Below are positions 1 to 8,635 of a stretch of 54,625 bases of DNA, piece after piece. This stretch comes from Actinomycetota bacterium (GTDB taxonomy: Bacteria > Actinomycetota > CADDZG01 > WHSQ01), in the NCBI GenBank assembly GCA_035646635.1, contig DASRPA010000283.1:1-54625 (forward strand), written 5' to 3'. The translations under genes and the position numbers were made by a program. The notes under the pieces are model-generated. The model made no database searches. It saw only the letters and a list, made by a program, of their open reading frames with translations, and was not told the DNA's origin. Numbering within the stretch: the first letter of the stretch is position 1; every line of letters starts with the position of its first letter.

Positions 1-1427
1 TCGGTAGCACGGCACGCCACCGTCACCGTGCGGGCCTCTTGGGGAGTCCATCGAAAGGCCCACTGGACCCATGACACCGAGCTCAGCGGTTCCCTGACCT
101 GCGCCGCCTCCCACGTCGTCCCGGCATCGAGGGAAACCTCGACGAGCTCGATCCGCCTGTCTCCAGCCCATGCCACCCCCGCGATCCAGGTCTGCTCGCC
201 CACTTGGGCGGCCCGGTCCTCGCCGGCAACGTCGATGCGGGATTGGGTCTTGACGGTAGCGTCGTCGGACCACCCGCGCTTCTGCCAGTAGCCGGCGTAA
301 TCGGAGCCCGAGACCTCGATGGACTGCAACCACTTGACGTTCTTCATCCCGTAGATCGCGGGCACTCGGAGGCGGCAGGGAAAACCGTGCTCGCGCGTCA
401 GGGGGCGGCCGTTCTGCGACACCGCAATGATCACGCGGGGGTCCCTGGCCACATCCAGCGGGATCGAGTCCGAATAGCCGTCGGCCGCCTTCAGCACCAC
501 GTCCTCGCCGCCGGGCAGAGGCCGTACCGCGTCCAGGACCTCATTGAGGCGGACACCTCCCCATCTCGAGTGCCCCACCAGGTCGCCCCCGACCTCGTTG
601 GACACGCAGGCCAACGTGGCGTACTCCTCAACGATCTCGAAGCGCTCCTGGAGCTCGTCGAAGGACAGCTCGAGCGGCTTCGAGACCTTCCCTGCGATGT
701 TGAGTGTCCATGAGTCCGCCTCCACGCTGGGAGGCAGGAGATTGATGTCGACCTCGTAGTGGTCGGCCACCGAGGTGACCTCGGGAGTGATGCCGGAGAC
801 CTCCGGCCAGGCCCCTCGCGAGGGGGCCGCGGCGGGGCTTTGAGGCGGAGTCAGAGCCACGTTGGTGTCGGGCCCTCCCAGGCGCCTGACGAGCCACCCT
901 GCTCCTCCTCCGAACGCAGCCAGCGCAAGTCCTCCCATCAGCCCCAGCCGGATCGTCTGCCGCCGCCCCTCGTCGGCGCCCTGCTCTTCAGATGCGAGCC
1001 GGCGGTGCACCCGGCCCGCTACCCCGGCGTAGAAGGCGCCGGCGAAGACGGTGGCGGCGATGACGTAGAGCGGGTCGGGCTGGAAGGTCGGGTCCAGGAA
1101 CGCAGCCGCGGCCGCGACGACGCCGAGCATGACGGCGGCGATTCTCGGACGAGGCCAGGAGCCGGAGGCTGTCACCACGAGCGCCTCGGCACCGATGAGG
1201 AGGGCCGCCGCCAGGGCACCCAGAGTCAGAAGCCGCAGCGCCCAGTGGCCGAGCGTGTCTATGAAGAAGGTGGCGAGGTCTCCCGGCGTAAGCCGGACGA
1301 TACGAGCGGCGACGGCTGTCGGCGGGAACGGCACCAGCCGGGTCAGCGACGAGGCCACCCACAGCAGCGCCAGCGCGGCGATGCTCCCGAGCAGGCCGGC
1401 GACCCTCAGCGAGCGAGTGTGGTCCAT
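1..1427 (-). CDS. Molybdopterin-dependent oxidoreductase (sulfite-oxidase/YedY-like catalytic domain) with N-terminal membrane region; 3' end runs off the window
   Basis: Absent from the ORF track because no stop lies in the window. Hand translation of the minus strand from ATG at 1427 gives MDHTRSLRVAGLLGSIAALALLW... (hydrophobic helices), then ...ATLACVSNEVGGDLVGHSRWGGVRL...GRPLTREHGFPCRLRVPAIYGMKNVKWLQSIEVS..YAGYWQKRGW. These are typical Mo-cofactor domain motifs, and the frame stays open to position 1. Confidence 0.8.
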   Translation of the reverse strand, partial: MDHTRSLRVAGLLGSIAALALLWVASSLTRLVPFPPTAVAARIVRLTPGDLATFFIDTLGHWALRLLTLGALAAALLIGAEALVVTASGSWPRPRIAAVMLGVVAAAAAFLDPTFQPDPLYVIAATVFAGAFYAGVAGRVHRRLASEEQGADEGRRQTIRLGLMGGLALAAFGGGAGWLVRRLGGPDTNVALTPPQSPAAAPSRGAWPEVSGITPEVTSVADHYEVDINLLPPSVEADSWTLNIAGKVSKPLELSFDELQERFEIVEEYATLACVSNEVGGDLVGHSRWGGVRLNEVLDAVRPLPGGEDVVLKAADGYSDSIPLDVARDPRVIIAVSQNGRPLTREHGFPCRLRVPAIYGMKNVKWLQSIEVSGSDYAGYWQKRGWSDDATVKTQSRIDVAGEDRAAQVGEQTWIAGVAWAGDRRIELVEVSLDAGTTWEAAQVREPLSSVSWVQWAFRWTPQEARTVTVACRAT

Positions 1428-1534
1428 GCCCTCGATTGTGCGCCTAATCGCGACCACCGGAGCCCTTGGTGCGCCGACATGAAGGTTTGTCAGCGATTGT
1501 TAATGATTTGCCGCCATGAAAGGTGCGGCGCCGC

Positions 1535-2146
1535 CTACCAACCCCGGTCCTTCCACTCCTGAAGGTGGGGCTTCTCGGCGCCGATCGTGGTGTCGGCCCC
1601 ATGACCGGGGTACACCGCGGTGTCGCCGGGCAGCGTGAACAGCTTTTTCTCGACGGCCGCGATGATCTGCTCGAAGGCTCTCCGATCACCGTCGGTCCCG
1701 CCCGGCCCTCCCGGGAAGAGGGTGTCGCCTGCTATGAGGTGGCGTCCGGTCAGAAAGCAGACCCCTCCAGGCGTGTGGCCGGGCGTGTGCAGGACCGTGA
1801 CCTCCCGATGGCCCAGGACCAGCACGTCGCCGTCGGTGAGCTCCCGGTCGATCGCAACGGGGTAGCCGTCGCCCGGATGTGCGAACACGGGCACGTCCAG
1901 GCGTCTCTTCAGCTCTGAAAGCGCCTGGACGTGGTCGGGGTGCCCGTGCGTCTGGAGGATCGCCGTCACCTTCGCTCCCTCGGCACCGGACATGATCGTG
2001 TCCGCCTCGAAGCAGCCGTCGATGAGGAACGCGTCGTGCGTTTCGGGGCACTCGAGGAGGTAGACGTTGTTCTCCATCGAACCGACCTCGATCTTTTTGA
2101 CGACGATGTCGTCGCCCCGGTAGTGATCGTTATAAGCAGTCATCAA
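1535..2146 (-). CDS. MBL-fold metallo-hydrolase (glyoxalase II-like)
   Basis: 203-aa ORF with the HxHxDH motif (LQTHGHPDHV) and downstream His/Asp ligands (LHTPGHTPG). Confidence 0.85.
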   Translation of the reverse strand: MMTAYNDHYRGDDIVVKKIEVGSMENNVYLLECPETHDAFLIDGCFEADTIMSGAEGAKVTAILQTHGHPDHVQALSELKRRLDVPVFAHPGDGYPVAIDRELTDGDVLVLGHREVTVLHTPGHTPGGVCFLTGRHLIAGDTLFPGGPGGTDGDRRAFEQIIAAVEKKLFTLPGDTAVYPGHGADTTIGAEKPHLQEWKDRGW

Positions 2147-3000
2147 CCCTCCTCGGCCGGATCCACGGTGACCGCCGCGCCTCCGATCATGACCTCGGTG
2201 CCCGGCTCGACCTCGGCGCGGACCAACGCCAGGGCACGTCCGTTGGAAGCACTCGTTACGGCTCCGATCTTCTTTCCCTCGAGGATCACCTCGGCGCCCG
2301 TTGCCAGCGGCTGCAGACTGCCCAGACGTGCAAGCCGTCGATTTACCTTGCCGCGAAAATGAATCTTGGCCATGGCCTCCTGACCCAGATAGCAGCCCTT
2401 GTTGTAGTGGACGGCGCGCTCGTCCACCCCCACCTCCTGCGGAAAGGTCTTGAAGTCCATCTCCCGCCCCCAGCGGGGTACGCCCCGCTCTATTCGCAGT
2501 GCCTCCAGGCGCTCTTCGGCCGCGGGCTCGAAGCCCTGCTCGGCGAGAACGTCGAGTGCCTTCGCCGCGGTCTCAGCCGGCATCCACAGGTAGGCGGCGG
2601 GCACTCCCAAGGACGCGGTCTCGTGCACGATGGCTCGGGGGCAGAGTCCCGCCGCCTCCTGTAGCGCCGGGCCGGCCACTAGGACAAGGCCCCAATCCTC
2701 GGTGACGTCGTCGATCTCCACCGGGATGAGCGGGGCGAAGCGGCTCAATTCCTCGATCAGACCGGGCCGAAGCTCGGGCTCGAAGTGGCACAGGACCGCA
2801 TCCTCGGTCGCAACCGTCTCGAGGTAACCGCGCAGGCGTCCGTGAACTGTGATCATGGCCGCATCGCGCACCGAGCCGGGGGTCATGTCCTCGAACGCCT
2901 GGGTGAGCTGCTGATGGAGGAACCACAGCCGCTTGGGGCCGTGCACTCGCAGCTTGGCTCGGTCCGAACGATCGGCGAACAGGGTCGTGTCTTGCTCCAT
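2143..3000 (-). CDS. ygfZ: YgfZ-type folate-binding protein (aminomethyltransferase/GcvT fold)
   Basis: The ORF 2143..3237 carries the YgfZ signature NKGCYLGQEAMAKIHFRGKVNRRL. I place the start at the internal ATG at 3000 (MEQDTTLFADRSDRAKLRV...), because the upstream part is low-complexity Ser/Arg-rich shadow sequence. Its stop overlaps the start of the MBL gene. Confidence 0.7.
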   Translation of the reverse strand: MEQDTTLFADRSDRAKLRVHGPKRLWFLHQQLTQAFEDMTPGSVRDAAMITVHGRLRGYLETVATEDAVLCHFEPELRPGLIEELSRFAPLIPVEIDDVTEDWGLVLVAGPALQEAAGLCPRAIVHETASLGVPAAYLWMPAETAAKALDVLAEQGFEPAAEERLEALRIERGVPRWGREMDFKTFPQEVGVDERAVHYNKGCYLGQEAMAKIHFRGKVNRRLARLGSLQPLATGAEVILEGKKIGAVTSASNGRALALVRAEVEPGTEVMIGGAAVTVDPAEEG

Positions 3001-3106
3001 ACCTACATCATCGGCGATCCGGCGGGACCGCGAGACCGCCGGGCCAGTTGCGTCTCCCGTCGTCTGCGGTATGTTCCGCCGGAGACCGGACGGCGGAGGA
3101 GAGTGA

Positions 3107-3391
3107 GTGGCAGACCTGCTGGAAGACGAAGAGATCGAGCAGCGCCTCGACGAGCTGGGGGACTGGGAACGAGAGGGCCTCGAGATCCAGAAGGTATTCG
3201 AGTTCGAGGACTTCACCGCGGCCATACATTTCGTCAACGACGTCGCCCGGCTCGCCGACCGCTATGACCACCACCCGGACATCGACATCCGCTGGAACCG
3301 CGTACGCCTAGCTCTGTCGACTCACGCGGAGGGGGGCCTCACGGCTCGGGACTTCGATATGGCCGGTGAGATCGAGCAGTCGATCGGCTAA
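3107..3391 (+). CDS. Pterin-4a-carbinolamine dehydratase (PCD/DCoH)
   Basis: 94 aa; DWERE...IHFVNDVARLADRYDHHPDIDIRWNRVRLALSTH is the conserved PCD core. Confidence 0.85.
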   Translation: MADLLEDEEIEQRLDELGDWEREGLEIQKVFEFEDFTAAIHFVNDVARLADRYDHHPDIDIRWNRVRLALSTHAEGGLTARDFDMAGEIEQSIG

Positions 3392-3440
3392 ACCGAGCAG
3401 TCGATCGGCTAAACCGAGCAGTCGATCGGCTAAACCGAGC
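3373..3440. repeat. 21-bp tandem repeat, about 3.2 copies (cgagcagtcgatcggctaaac), covering the last codons and stop of the PCD gene
   Basis: Exact copies at 3373-3393, 3394-3414 and 3415-3435, plus a partial copy at 3436-3440. Each copy ends in TAA in the PCD reading frame. The repeat fills the whole gap to the convergent ispH stop at 3443. Confidence 0.95.
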
Positions 3441-3442
3441 CG

Positions 3443-4378
3443 TTAAGCGTCCGCTCGCAGCCACGGGGGCAGGGAAAAGGTCACCGCTTCTGACGTGACC
3501 TCCTTGGTTTCGACATTCTCGTAGCCGAGACCGGCCAGGCGTTCCAGCAACGCCTCGACGAGCACCTCCGGGGCGCTGGCGCCGGAGCTAACTCCGACGG
3601 TTTCGGCCCCCTCCAGCCAGGTTTCGTCCAGGGCACTCTCGTCCGGGACCAGGTGGGCCGGCGTTCCCGCCTTTTGGGCAACCTCGACCATGCGGTTCGA
3701 GTTGCTCGAGTTGATCGCTCCGACGATGAGGACCACGTCGGACTCCGGAGCTATCGCCTTGACCGCGACCTGCCGGTTCTGGGTCGCATAGCAGATGTCG
3801 TCGGATTGCGGGCCCTTGAGGTTGGTGAAACGGTTGCGCAGGCCCTCCACGACGTCGCGTGTGTCGTCGACGGAAAGTGTCGTCTGCGTCAGATATGCGA
3901 CCGGCTCATGGGGCTCGAGATCCAGCTCCTCCATTTGCTCGATGCTTTCGATCACCCTCGTATGCTCGGGCACCTCGCCGGCGGTCCCCTCGATTTCCTC
4001 GTGCCCAATGTGGCCGACGAGAATGATCTTGCGCCCGGCGCGGTCGAAGCGCTTGGCCTCGAGGTGGACCTTCGTGACCAGAGGGCAGGTGGCATCGATG
4101 ACGTGGAGATTGCGGGCCTCGGCGTTGCTCCTGACCGCCGGCGAGACACCGTGCGCGGAGAAGATGCAGACCCCGCCATCGGGGATCTCGTCCTCCGAGT
4201 CCACGAATACGGCCCCGCGCTGGGATAGCTCGGAGACGACGTGGCGGTTGTGGACTATCTCCTTGCGGACGTAAACGGGGGCGCCCAGCGTGTCGAGCGC
4301 ACGCTCGACGATCTGGACGGCGCGATCGACTCCGGCGCAGTAGCCGCGCGGGGCGGCCAGTAACACTCTCTTGCTCAC
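3443..4378 (-). CDS. ispH: 4-hydroxy-3-methylbut-2-enyl diphosphate reductase
   Basis: 311 aa with GTG start. N-terminus KRVLLAAPRGYCAGVDRAV, plus HGVSP and GHxGHxE motifs typical of IspH/LytB. Confidence 0.95.
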   Translation of the reverse strand: MSKRVLLAAPRGYCAGVDRAVQIVERALDTLGAPVYVRKEIVHNRHVVSELSQRGAVFVDSEDEIPDGGVCIFSAHGVSPAVRSNAEARNLHVIDATCPLVTKVHLEAKRFDRAGRKIILVGHIGHEEIEGTAGEVPEHTRVIESIEQMEELDLEPHEPVAYLTQTTLSVDDTRDVVEGLRNRFTNLKGPQSDDICYATQNRQVAVKAIAPESDVVLIVGAINSSNSNRMVEVAQKAGTPAHLVPDESALDETWLEGAETVGVSSGASAPEVLVEALLERLAGLGYENVETKEVTSEAVTFSLPPWLRADA

Positions 4379-4380
4379 TC

Positions 4381-4546
4381 AGTGCTCCGCACCGGAAAGA
4401 CGGTGTGCACCGAGAGCGTCACTGCGCCCCGTTTCGCCAGGCGCGAGGAGCGCTGCGTACCTGGAAGGTACGTGAGCGACGAGACACGCCGCGAGCGGGG
4501 ATGCAGAGGCGCTCGAATGCCGCCGGGTTTACGGGGAGGTGCACTT
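4381..4546. repeat. Structured dispersed repeat, family A, copy 1 (about 145-165 nt)
   Basis: agtgctccgcaccggaaagacggtgtgcaccgagagcg...gcgtacctggaaggtacgt...cgagcggggatgcagaggcgctcgaatgcc recurs at 54446-54625. It contains several perfect or near-perfect hairpins. Confidence 0.85.
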
Positions 4547-4670
4547 AGCCATCGTAGGGGTGATTCGTCCAAACGAGGTTGGGCGAAGCTGCGGCCGGCT
4601 CGAGGTTTGGCCCAAAACCGCCCGTAAAGGCCGTTTCTGCGCCAAAGTTGTTGGAACTCGGAGCCTGCCG

Positions 4671-5393
4671 CTAGCTAGTGCGCTGACGAACCGGGGTCCG
4701 GTAGAGGTCGTTCAGGCCCGCCTCCTGGCTCGAGGGACACAGCGGCTCGATGAGACAGTCCTCGCAGCGCGGCGCCTTGGCCAGGCAGATCCGTCTGCCG
4801 TGCTCGATGAACAGGTTCGACGCGTTCAAGCGGCTGCGCTTGGAAACGAGCTGCACCAGGTCGCGCTCGATTCGCTCGGCTTCCTTGGAGTCGTGCTCGG
4901 TGAGCCCGAGGCGAACGGCTAGTCGCCCGACGTGAGTGTCGACGGCCATTCCTGCGTCTGGATCCCTCCTCGCCGCCTCCGGAAAGCAGTTGCCCTGCAC
5001 GATGTTGGCTGTCTTGCGAGCAACGCCGGGGAGGGAAATGAGCTCGGCCATTGTCTTCGGTACCTGTGAATCGAAGTCCTCCACGAGCCGCTGCGCCAGA
5101 CCCTTCAGCGCTTTGGTCTTCTGACGAAAGAACCCGGTGGCATGGATTTCCCGCTGCAGCTCCTCCTCTGTGACCGCGAGGTAGTCCTCGGGAGTCCGGT
5201 ACTTAGAGAACAGGGATTTGGTCACCTTGTTGACGCCGACATCGGTGGATTGCGCCGACAGGATCGTGGCGACCACGCACTCCAGGGGGGTGGAGTAGTC
5301 GAGCGCTATCCGAGCGTCGGGGTAGGCGCGCCGGAGGCGTCTGAGGATCAGCGGGACCCGTTCGGTGGCGGGGCTGGAGCGCCCGGGTGGCAT
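4671..5393 (-). CDS. nth: Endonuclease III (DNA glycosylase/AP lyase)
   Basis: 240 aa with HhH-GPD region (LISLPGVARKTANIV) and a C-terminal 4Fe-4S Cys cluster (CLAKAPRCEDCLIEPLC). Confidence 0.9.
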   Translation of the reverse strand: MPPGRSSPATERVPLILRRLRRAYPDARIALDYSTPLECVVATILSAQSTDVGVNKVTKSLFSKYRTPEDYLAVTEEELQREIHATGFFRQKTKALKGLAQRLVEDFDSQVPKTMAELISLPGVARKTANIVQGNCFPEAARRDPDAGMAVDTHVGRLAVRLGLTEHDSKEAERIERDLVQLVSKRSRLNASNLFIEHGRRICLAKAPRCEDCLIEPLCPSSQEAGLNDLYRTPVRQRTS

Positions 5394-5433
5394 CCGTGAA
5401 GCGTAGTGCTCCGCACCGGGTCTGGTACTCTTC

Positions 5434-5447
5434 CAAACAACTGTTTG
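5434..5447. promoter_or_regulatory. 14-bp palindrome CAAACAACTGTTTG, candidate TetR/PaaR operator
   Basis: Perfect inverted repeat (CAAACA-AC-TGTTTG) in the 94-bp divergent region between nth and the TetR gene, about 40 nt upstream of the TetR GTG. Confidence 0.4.
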
Positions 5448-5487
5448 TTTGTAGGCTCAGGTTCGCACTTTCGTGGAAAGGTAATCG

Positions 5488-6084
5488 GTGTCCGTTTCGC
5501 TTCGAAGCCGTAGGAGACACGAGCTTGTGGGTGCGGCCGCCCGTCTCTTCTCCGAACGCGGCTATCACGGCACCTCGATGCAGGACCTCGGCGATGCGCT
5601 GGGCCTTCTGAGGGGTTCTTTGTATGCCCACATCGGGTCCAAGCAGGACCTGCTGTTCGACGTCGTCGATCAGGGTGCAAGGCGTTTTCTCGAGCGTGGC
5701 GAGCAAGCCCTGCACCGGGATACGCCCTCCCCCCAACGGCTGCGCGAGTTCCTTGTGGGCCACGTCGAGGTCGCCATCGAGCAACTCGACGCAGGGCGGG
5801 TGTTCCTCAACGAATGGCGCTATCTCGATGACGGCCTCCAGAAGGACATCAAGGCCAAGCGCGATGCCTACGAGGAGATGGTTCGAGGAATCCTACGCGA
5901 CGGCGTCGACGCCGGAGAGCTGCGCGCCGATCTCGACATCTCCTTGGCGGCGAGACTCGTTCTTTCCTGCGGCAACTGGATTTACTCGTGGTACCGGCTC
6001 GACGGCGAGCTGTCCCCCTCGGCCGTCGGGGAAGCGTTCGCAGACATGATCATTGGGGGCCTGCACCGATCGGAGGAAGCATGA
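5488..6084 (+). CDS. TetR-family transcriptional regulator (PaaR-like by context)
   Basis: 198 aa, GTG start. N-terminal HTH (ERGYHGTSMQDLGDALGLLRGSLYAHIGSKQDLL). The stop overlaps the paaA start (ATGA). Confidence 0.85.
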   Translation: MSVSLRSRRRHELVGAAARLFSERGYHGTSMQDLGDALGLLRGSLYAHIGSKQDLLFDVVDQGARRFLERGEQALHRDTPSPQRLREFLVGHVEVAIEQLDAGRVFLNEWRYLDDGLQKDIKAKRDAYEEMVRGILRDGVDAGELRADLDISLAARLVLSCGNWIYSWYRLDGELSPSAVGEAFADMIIGGLHRSEEA

Positions 6085-6998
6085 GCTACGAGCAAAAGCT
6101 GGAAGAGTTCAACCTGCGAGTCGAATCCGGAGGCAAGGTCGAGGCGTCTGATTGGATGCCCGATGATTACAGGCGCGGCGTCCTCAAGTTCATTGAAATG
6201 CACGCCAACTCCGAGATCATGGGGGCGCTTCCGGAGCGAGAGTGTCTTCCCAAGGCGCCCACCCTGAAGCGAAAGATGTCTCTGGCCGCCAAGATTCAGG
6301 ACGAGATAGGCCACGCTCAGCTTCTCTATCGAGTCGCAGAGGACTTGGGCAAGAGTCGCACCGCGATGTATGAGGACCTGCTGGCCGGCAAGTCGAAGTT
6401 CCACAACGTCTTCCATTACCCCGTCCACCACTGGGGCGATGTTGCAGTGATTGGGTGGCTGATCGACGGCGCGGCTCTTGTCACCCAGGCGGCGTTGCTC
6501 GATTCCTCGTACGCTCCCTACACGCGTGTGCTGAAACGCATCTGCTCCGAAGAACAGCTCCACCTGCGCCACGGCGAGCACATCACCCTGCAACTTGCGT
6601 CGGGCACCGACTACCAGCGGGAGATGTTTCAGGACGCACTCAACCGCTGGTGGCTGCCGATCATCCACTTCTTCGGCCCCCGATCGAACGTCGCCAAGGA
6701 CCTTCTGCTGCGCTGGAAGGTCAAGACACGCACCAACGAAGACCTGCGCCAGGAGTTCCTCGATCGCTATGTGCCGAAGGTCACCGAGCTCGGCTTCTCC
6801 TTCCCAACCCCCGTGCCTCGACCGGAAGGGGACGCCTGGATGGTGGCCGACGAGGACATCGACTGGGCGCCGCTCGACGCGATCAAGAAGAACCGGGGGC
6901 CAGAGACCGAACGGCGCCTCGGGCTCCGAAGGGCCGTCTACAATTCCCATCGCTGGGTGCGCGAGGCGCTGTCCGAGCCTGCGGTGCACGCAGCCTAG
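6081..6998 (+). CDS. paaA: 1,2-phenylacetyl-CoA epoxidase subunit A
   Basis: MSYEQKLEEF...FIEMHANSEIMGA...KIQDEIGHAQLLY...EEQLHLRHG di-iron ligand motifs. GGAGGA Shine-Dalgarno lies before the ATG at 6081. Confidence 0.9.
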   Translation: MSYEQKLEEFNLRVESGGKVEASDWMPDDYRRGVLKFIEMHANSEIMGALPERECLPKAPTLKRKMSLAAKIQDEIGHAQLLYRVAEDLGKSRTAMYEDLLAGKSKFHNVFHYPVHHWGDVAVIGWLIDGAALVTQAALLDSSYAPYTRVLKRICSEEQLHLRHGEHITLQLASGTDYQREMFQDALNRWWLPIIHFFGPRSNVAKDLLLRWKVKTRTNEDLRQEFLDRYVPKVTELGFSFPTPVPRPEGDAWMVADEDIDWAPLDAIKKNRGPETERRLGLRRAVYNSHRWVREALSEPAVHAA

Positions 6999-7011
6999 TG
7001 GGGCACTAACC

Positions 7012-7317
7012 GTGGAGGTCTACGAGATCTTCCGTCGCTCCGGGCACAAGAGCCCGTTCGAGCACTGCGGCGCGGTGATCGCGCCCGATCCGGAGATGGC
7101 ATTGCTGCTCGGAAAGGAGTGCTTCTTGCGGCGGCGAGAAGGCGAGCACCTATGGGCCGTCAGGCGCTCCGACATCCACGCACTCGAGGACGAGAGCGTG
7201 CTCGAGATCGCAGCCGACAAGTCCTATCGCTTCGCATCGGACTATCGCGATGTAGTCCAAAAAAGAAAGGCCGCGCGCCACCGAGTGTCGAGCATTTCTT
7301 CTGGAGCACCTGCTTGA
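7012..7317 (+). CDS. paaB: 1,2-phenylacetyl-CoA epoxidase subunit B
   Basis: VEVYEIFRRSGHKSPFEHCGAVIAPDPEMALLLGKECFLRRREGEHLWAVRRSDI matches the small PaaB family. GTG at 7012 is the first start after the paaA stop in this frame. Confidence 0.8.
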   Translation: MEVYEIFRRSGHKSPFEHCGAVIAPDPEMALLLGKECFLRRREGEHLWAVRRSDIHALEDESVLEIAADKSYRFASDYRDVVQKRKAARHRVSSISSGAPA

Positions 7318-8147
7318 GAGAGGCCTTGGTCTCGCTGGTCACTGCGCTCGCCGATGACGAGCTCATCATCGGTCACCGTCATTCGGAATGGACCGGGTTC
7401 GCGCCTCATATCGAGGAGGACGTCGCCTTCTCCTCAATCGCTCAGGACGAGATCGGCCACGCCGCGGCCTATTACTCACTCATCGCCGAGGCCACAGGTG
7501 CAAGTCCCGACCGCATGGCACTGGGCAGGCAGCCCGACGACTACCGCCATGCGGTGTTGTGCGAGCGACCCAACGGCGACTGGTCCTATTCGCTGGTCAG
7601 ACACTGGCTTTACGACACCGCGGACGACGTGCGACTCGAGGCGTTGCAAGAAAGTGCCGACGCCGGCTTGGCTGCGCTTGCCGTCAAGATGCGGCGCGAG
7701 GAGCGCTATCACCTCCTTCACGCGAACGCGTGGATCAAGAGAGTCGCCGAGGGGCCCATAGAAGGCCGCACCCGCTTGATCGATGCCCTCGGGAAGTGCT
7801 ACCCGGAGGCCTTGGCGCTGTTCGACAGCCTCGAGCTCGAGGACTCGATTGTCGACAACGACTTATTGCCCTGCTCCAGCTCCGAACTTCGCGCCCGGTT
7901 CGCTCAGAGAGCGACGAGCGAGCTCGATGATTTCGGCCTGCCCGCAGACATCCACCGTGACCTCGACAACTCCGCCGAGTTCCTCGCCTCCTCTTCGGGA
8001 GACTTGATCGCCTCCGAACAAGAGGCGTTGACAACGTCCTCTCGCTCGGGAATCGGGGGCCGGGCAGGAAAGCACTCCGATGACTTCAAGCCGCTGTGGG
8101 ACGAGATGACATCGACCCACCGCCTCCATCCGGACGCCCACTGGTGA
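7314..8147 (+). CDS. paaC: 1,2-phenylacetyl-CoA epoxidase subunit C
   Basis: ALADDELIIGHRHSEWTGFAPHIEEDVAFSSIAQDEIGHAAAYY...REERYHLLHANAWI. The start is tentatively TTG at 7314, which overlaps the paaB stop as TTGA and has GGAG 7 nt upstream. Confidence 0.8.
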   Translation: MREALVSLVTALADDELIIGHRHSEWTGFAPHIEEDVAFSSIAQDEIGHAAAYYSLIAEATGASPDRMALGRQPDDYRHAVLCERPNGDWSYSLVRHWLYDTADDVRLEALQESADAGLAALAVKMRREERYHLLHANAWIKRVAEGPIEGRTRLIDALGKCYPEALALFDSLELEDSIVDNDLLPCSSSELRARFAQRATSELDDFGLPADIHRDLDNSAEFLASSSGDLIASEQEALTTSSRSGIGGRAGKHSDDFKPLWDEMTSTHRLHPDAHW

Positions 8148-8635
8148 GCGCAACTCTGGCCGACGCCGTGTGGACGGCTCTGGGCGATGTCATGGATCCC
8201 GAGATACCGGCGGTGTCGATCACGGAGATGGGCATGGTGCTGGACGTGGCGGCCGAGGACAAGGACGTCTGGGTCACGATCCTCCCCACCTTTACGGGTT
8301 GCCCGGCCATCGATGTGATAGTGCATGACGTCGAGCAGGCGGTAGCCGGTGTCGAGGGCGTCGAGACGGTTCGTGTGAAACTCGTCTACGACCCTCCCTG
8401 GAGCACCGAGCGAATCAGCTCCGAGGGGCGCACGAAGCTTCAGCAGTCGGGCCTTGCCCCACCTGCGGCGGGTCCCGTGCTCATCACCGACATCCGCCTT
8501 CCTGCCGTTGCGGTGTGCCCGTTCTGCGGCGGCCGCGACACGGCCAACGAGAACCTGTTCGGTCCGACCCCGTGCCGCGCCATTTACTACTGCAGATCCT
8601 GCCGGAACCCCTTCGAGCAGTTCAAGCAGGTCTAA
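8144..8635 (+). CDS. paaD: Phenylacetate-CoA oxygenase subunit PaaD/PaaJ (DUF59 domain plus C-terminal Cys-rich region)
   Basis: ALGDVMDPEIPAVSITEMGMV...TFTGCPA...VCPFCGG...YYCRSCRNPFEQFK. GTG at 8144 overlaps the paaC stop (GTGA); ATG at 8096 is an alternative start. Confidence 0.8.
   Translation: MSATLADAVWTALGDVMDPEIPAVSITEMGMVLDVAAEDKDVWVTILPTFTGCPAIDVIVHDVEQAVAGVEGVETVRVKLVYDPPWSTERISSEGRTKLQQSGLAPPAAGPVLITDIRLPAVAVCPFCGGRDTANENLFGPTPCRAIYYCRSCRNPFEQFKQV

Noticed and set aside
759-1562. Long plus-strand ORFs (204..713 and 759..1562) opposite the Mo-oxidoreductase gene
   Set aside because: Arg/Gly/Pro-rich low-complexity translations typical of antisense shadow ORFs in high-G+C DNA. The minus strand carries clear sulfite-oxidase family motifs.
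4381-4546. Family A element as a known riboswitch (cobalamin, glycine, ydaO and TPP consensus checked by eye), SRP RNA or tRNA-like gene
   Set aside because: No match to the conserved cores I remember for these classes. The same element precedes functionally unrelated genes (ispH and an acyl-CoA carboxylase), which argues against a metabolite riboswitch. It is kept as an unclassified repeat or possible ncRNA.
5982-6989. 335-aa minus-strand ORF antisense to paaA. Similar long antisense ORFs: 20921..22027, 21051..22178, 24667..25584, 29961..31196, 38604..39590, 48623..49792, 50739..51920, 51924..52877 and 53039..54385
   Set aside because: Each lies opposite a gene with strong family motifs. 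Their translations are compositionally biased (R/G/P/A-rich) with no recognisable domains, as expected for shadow frames.
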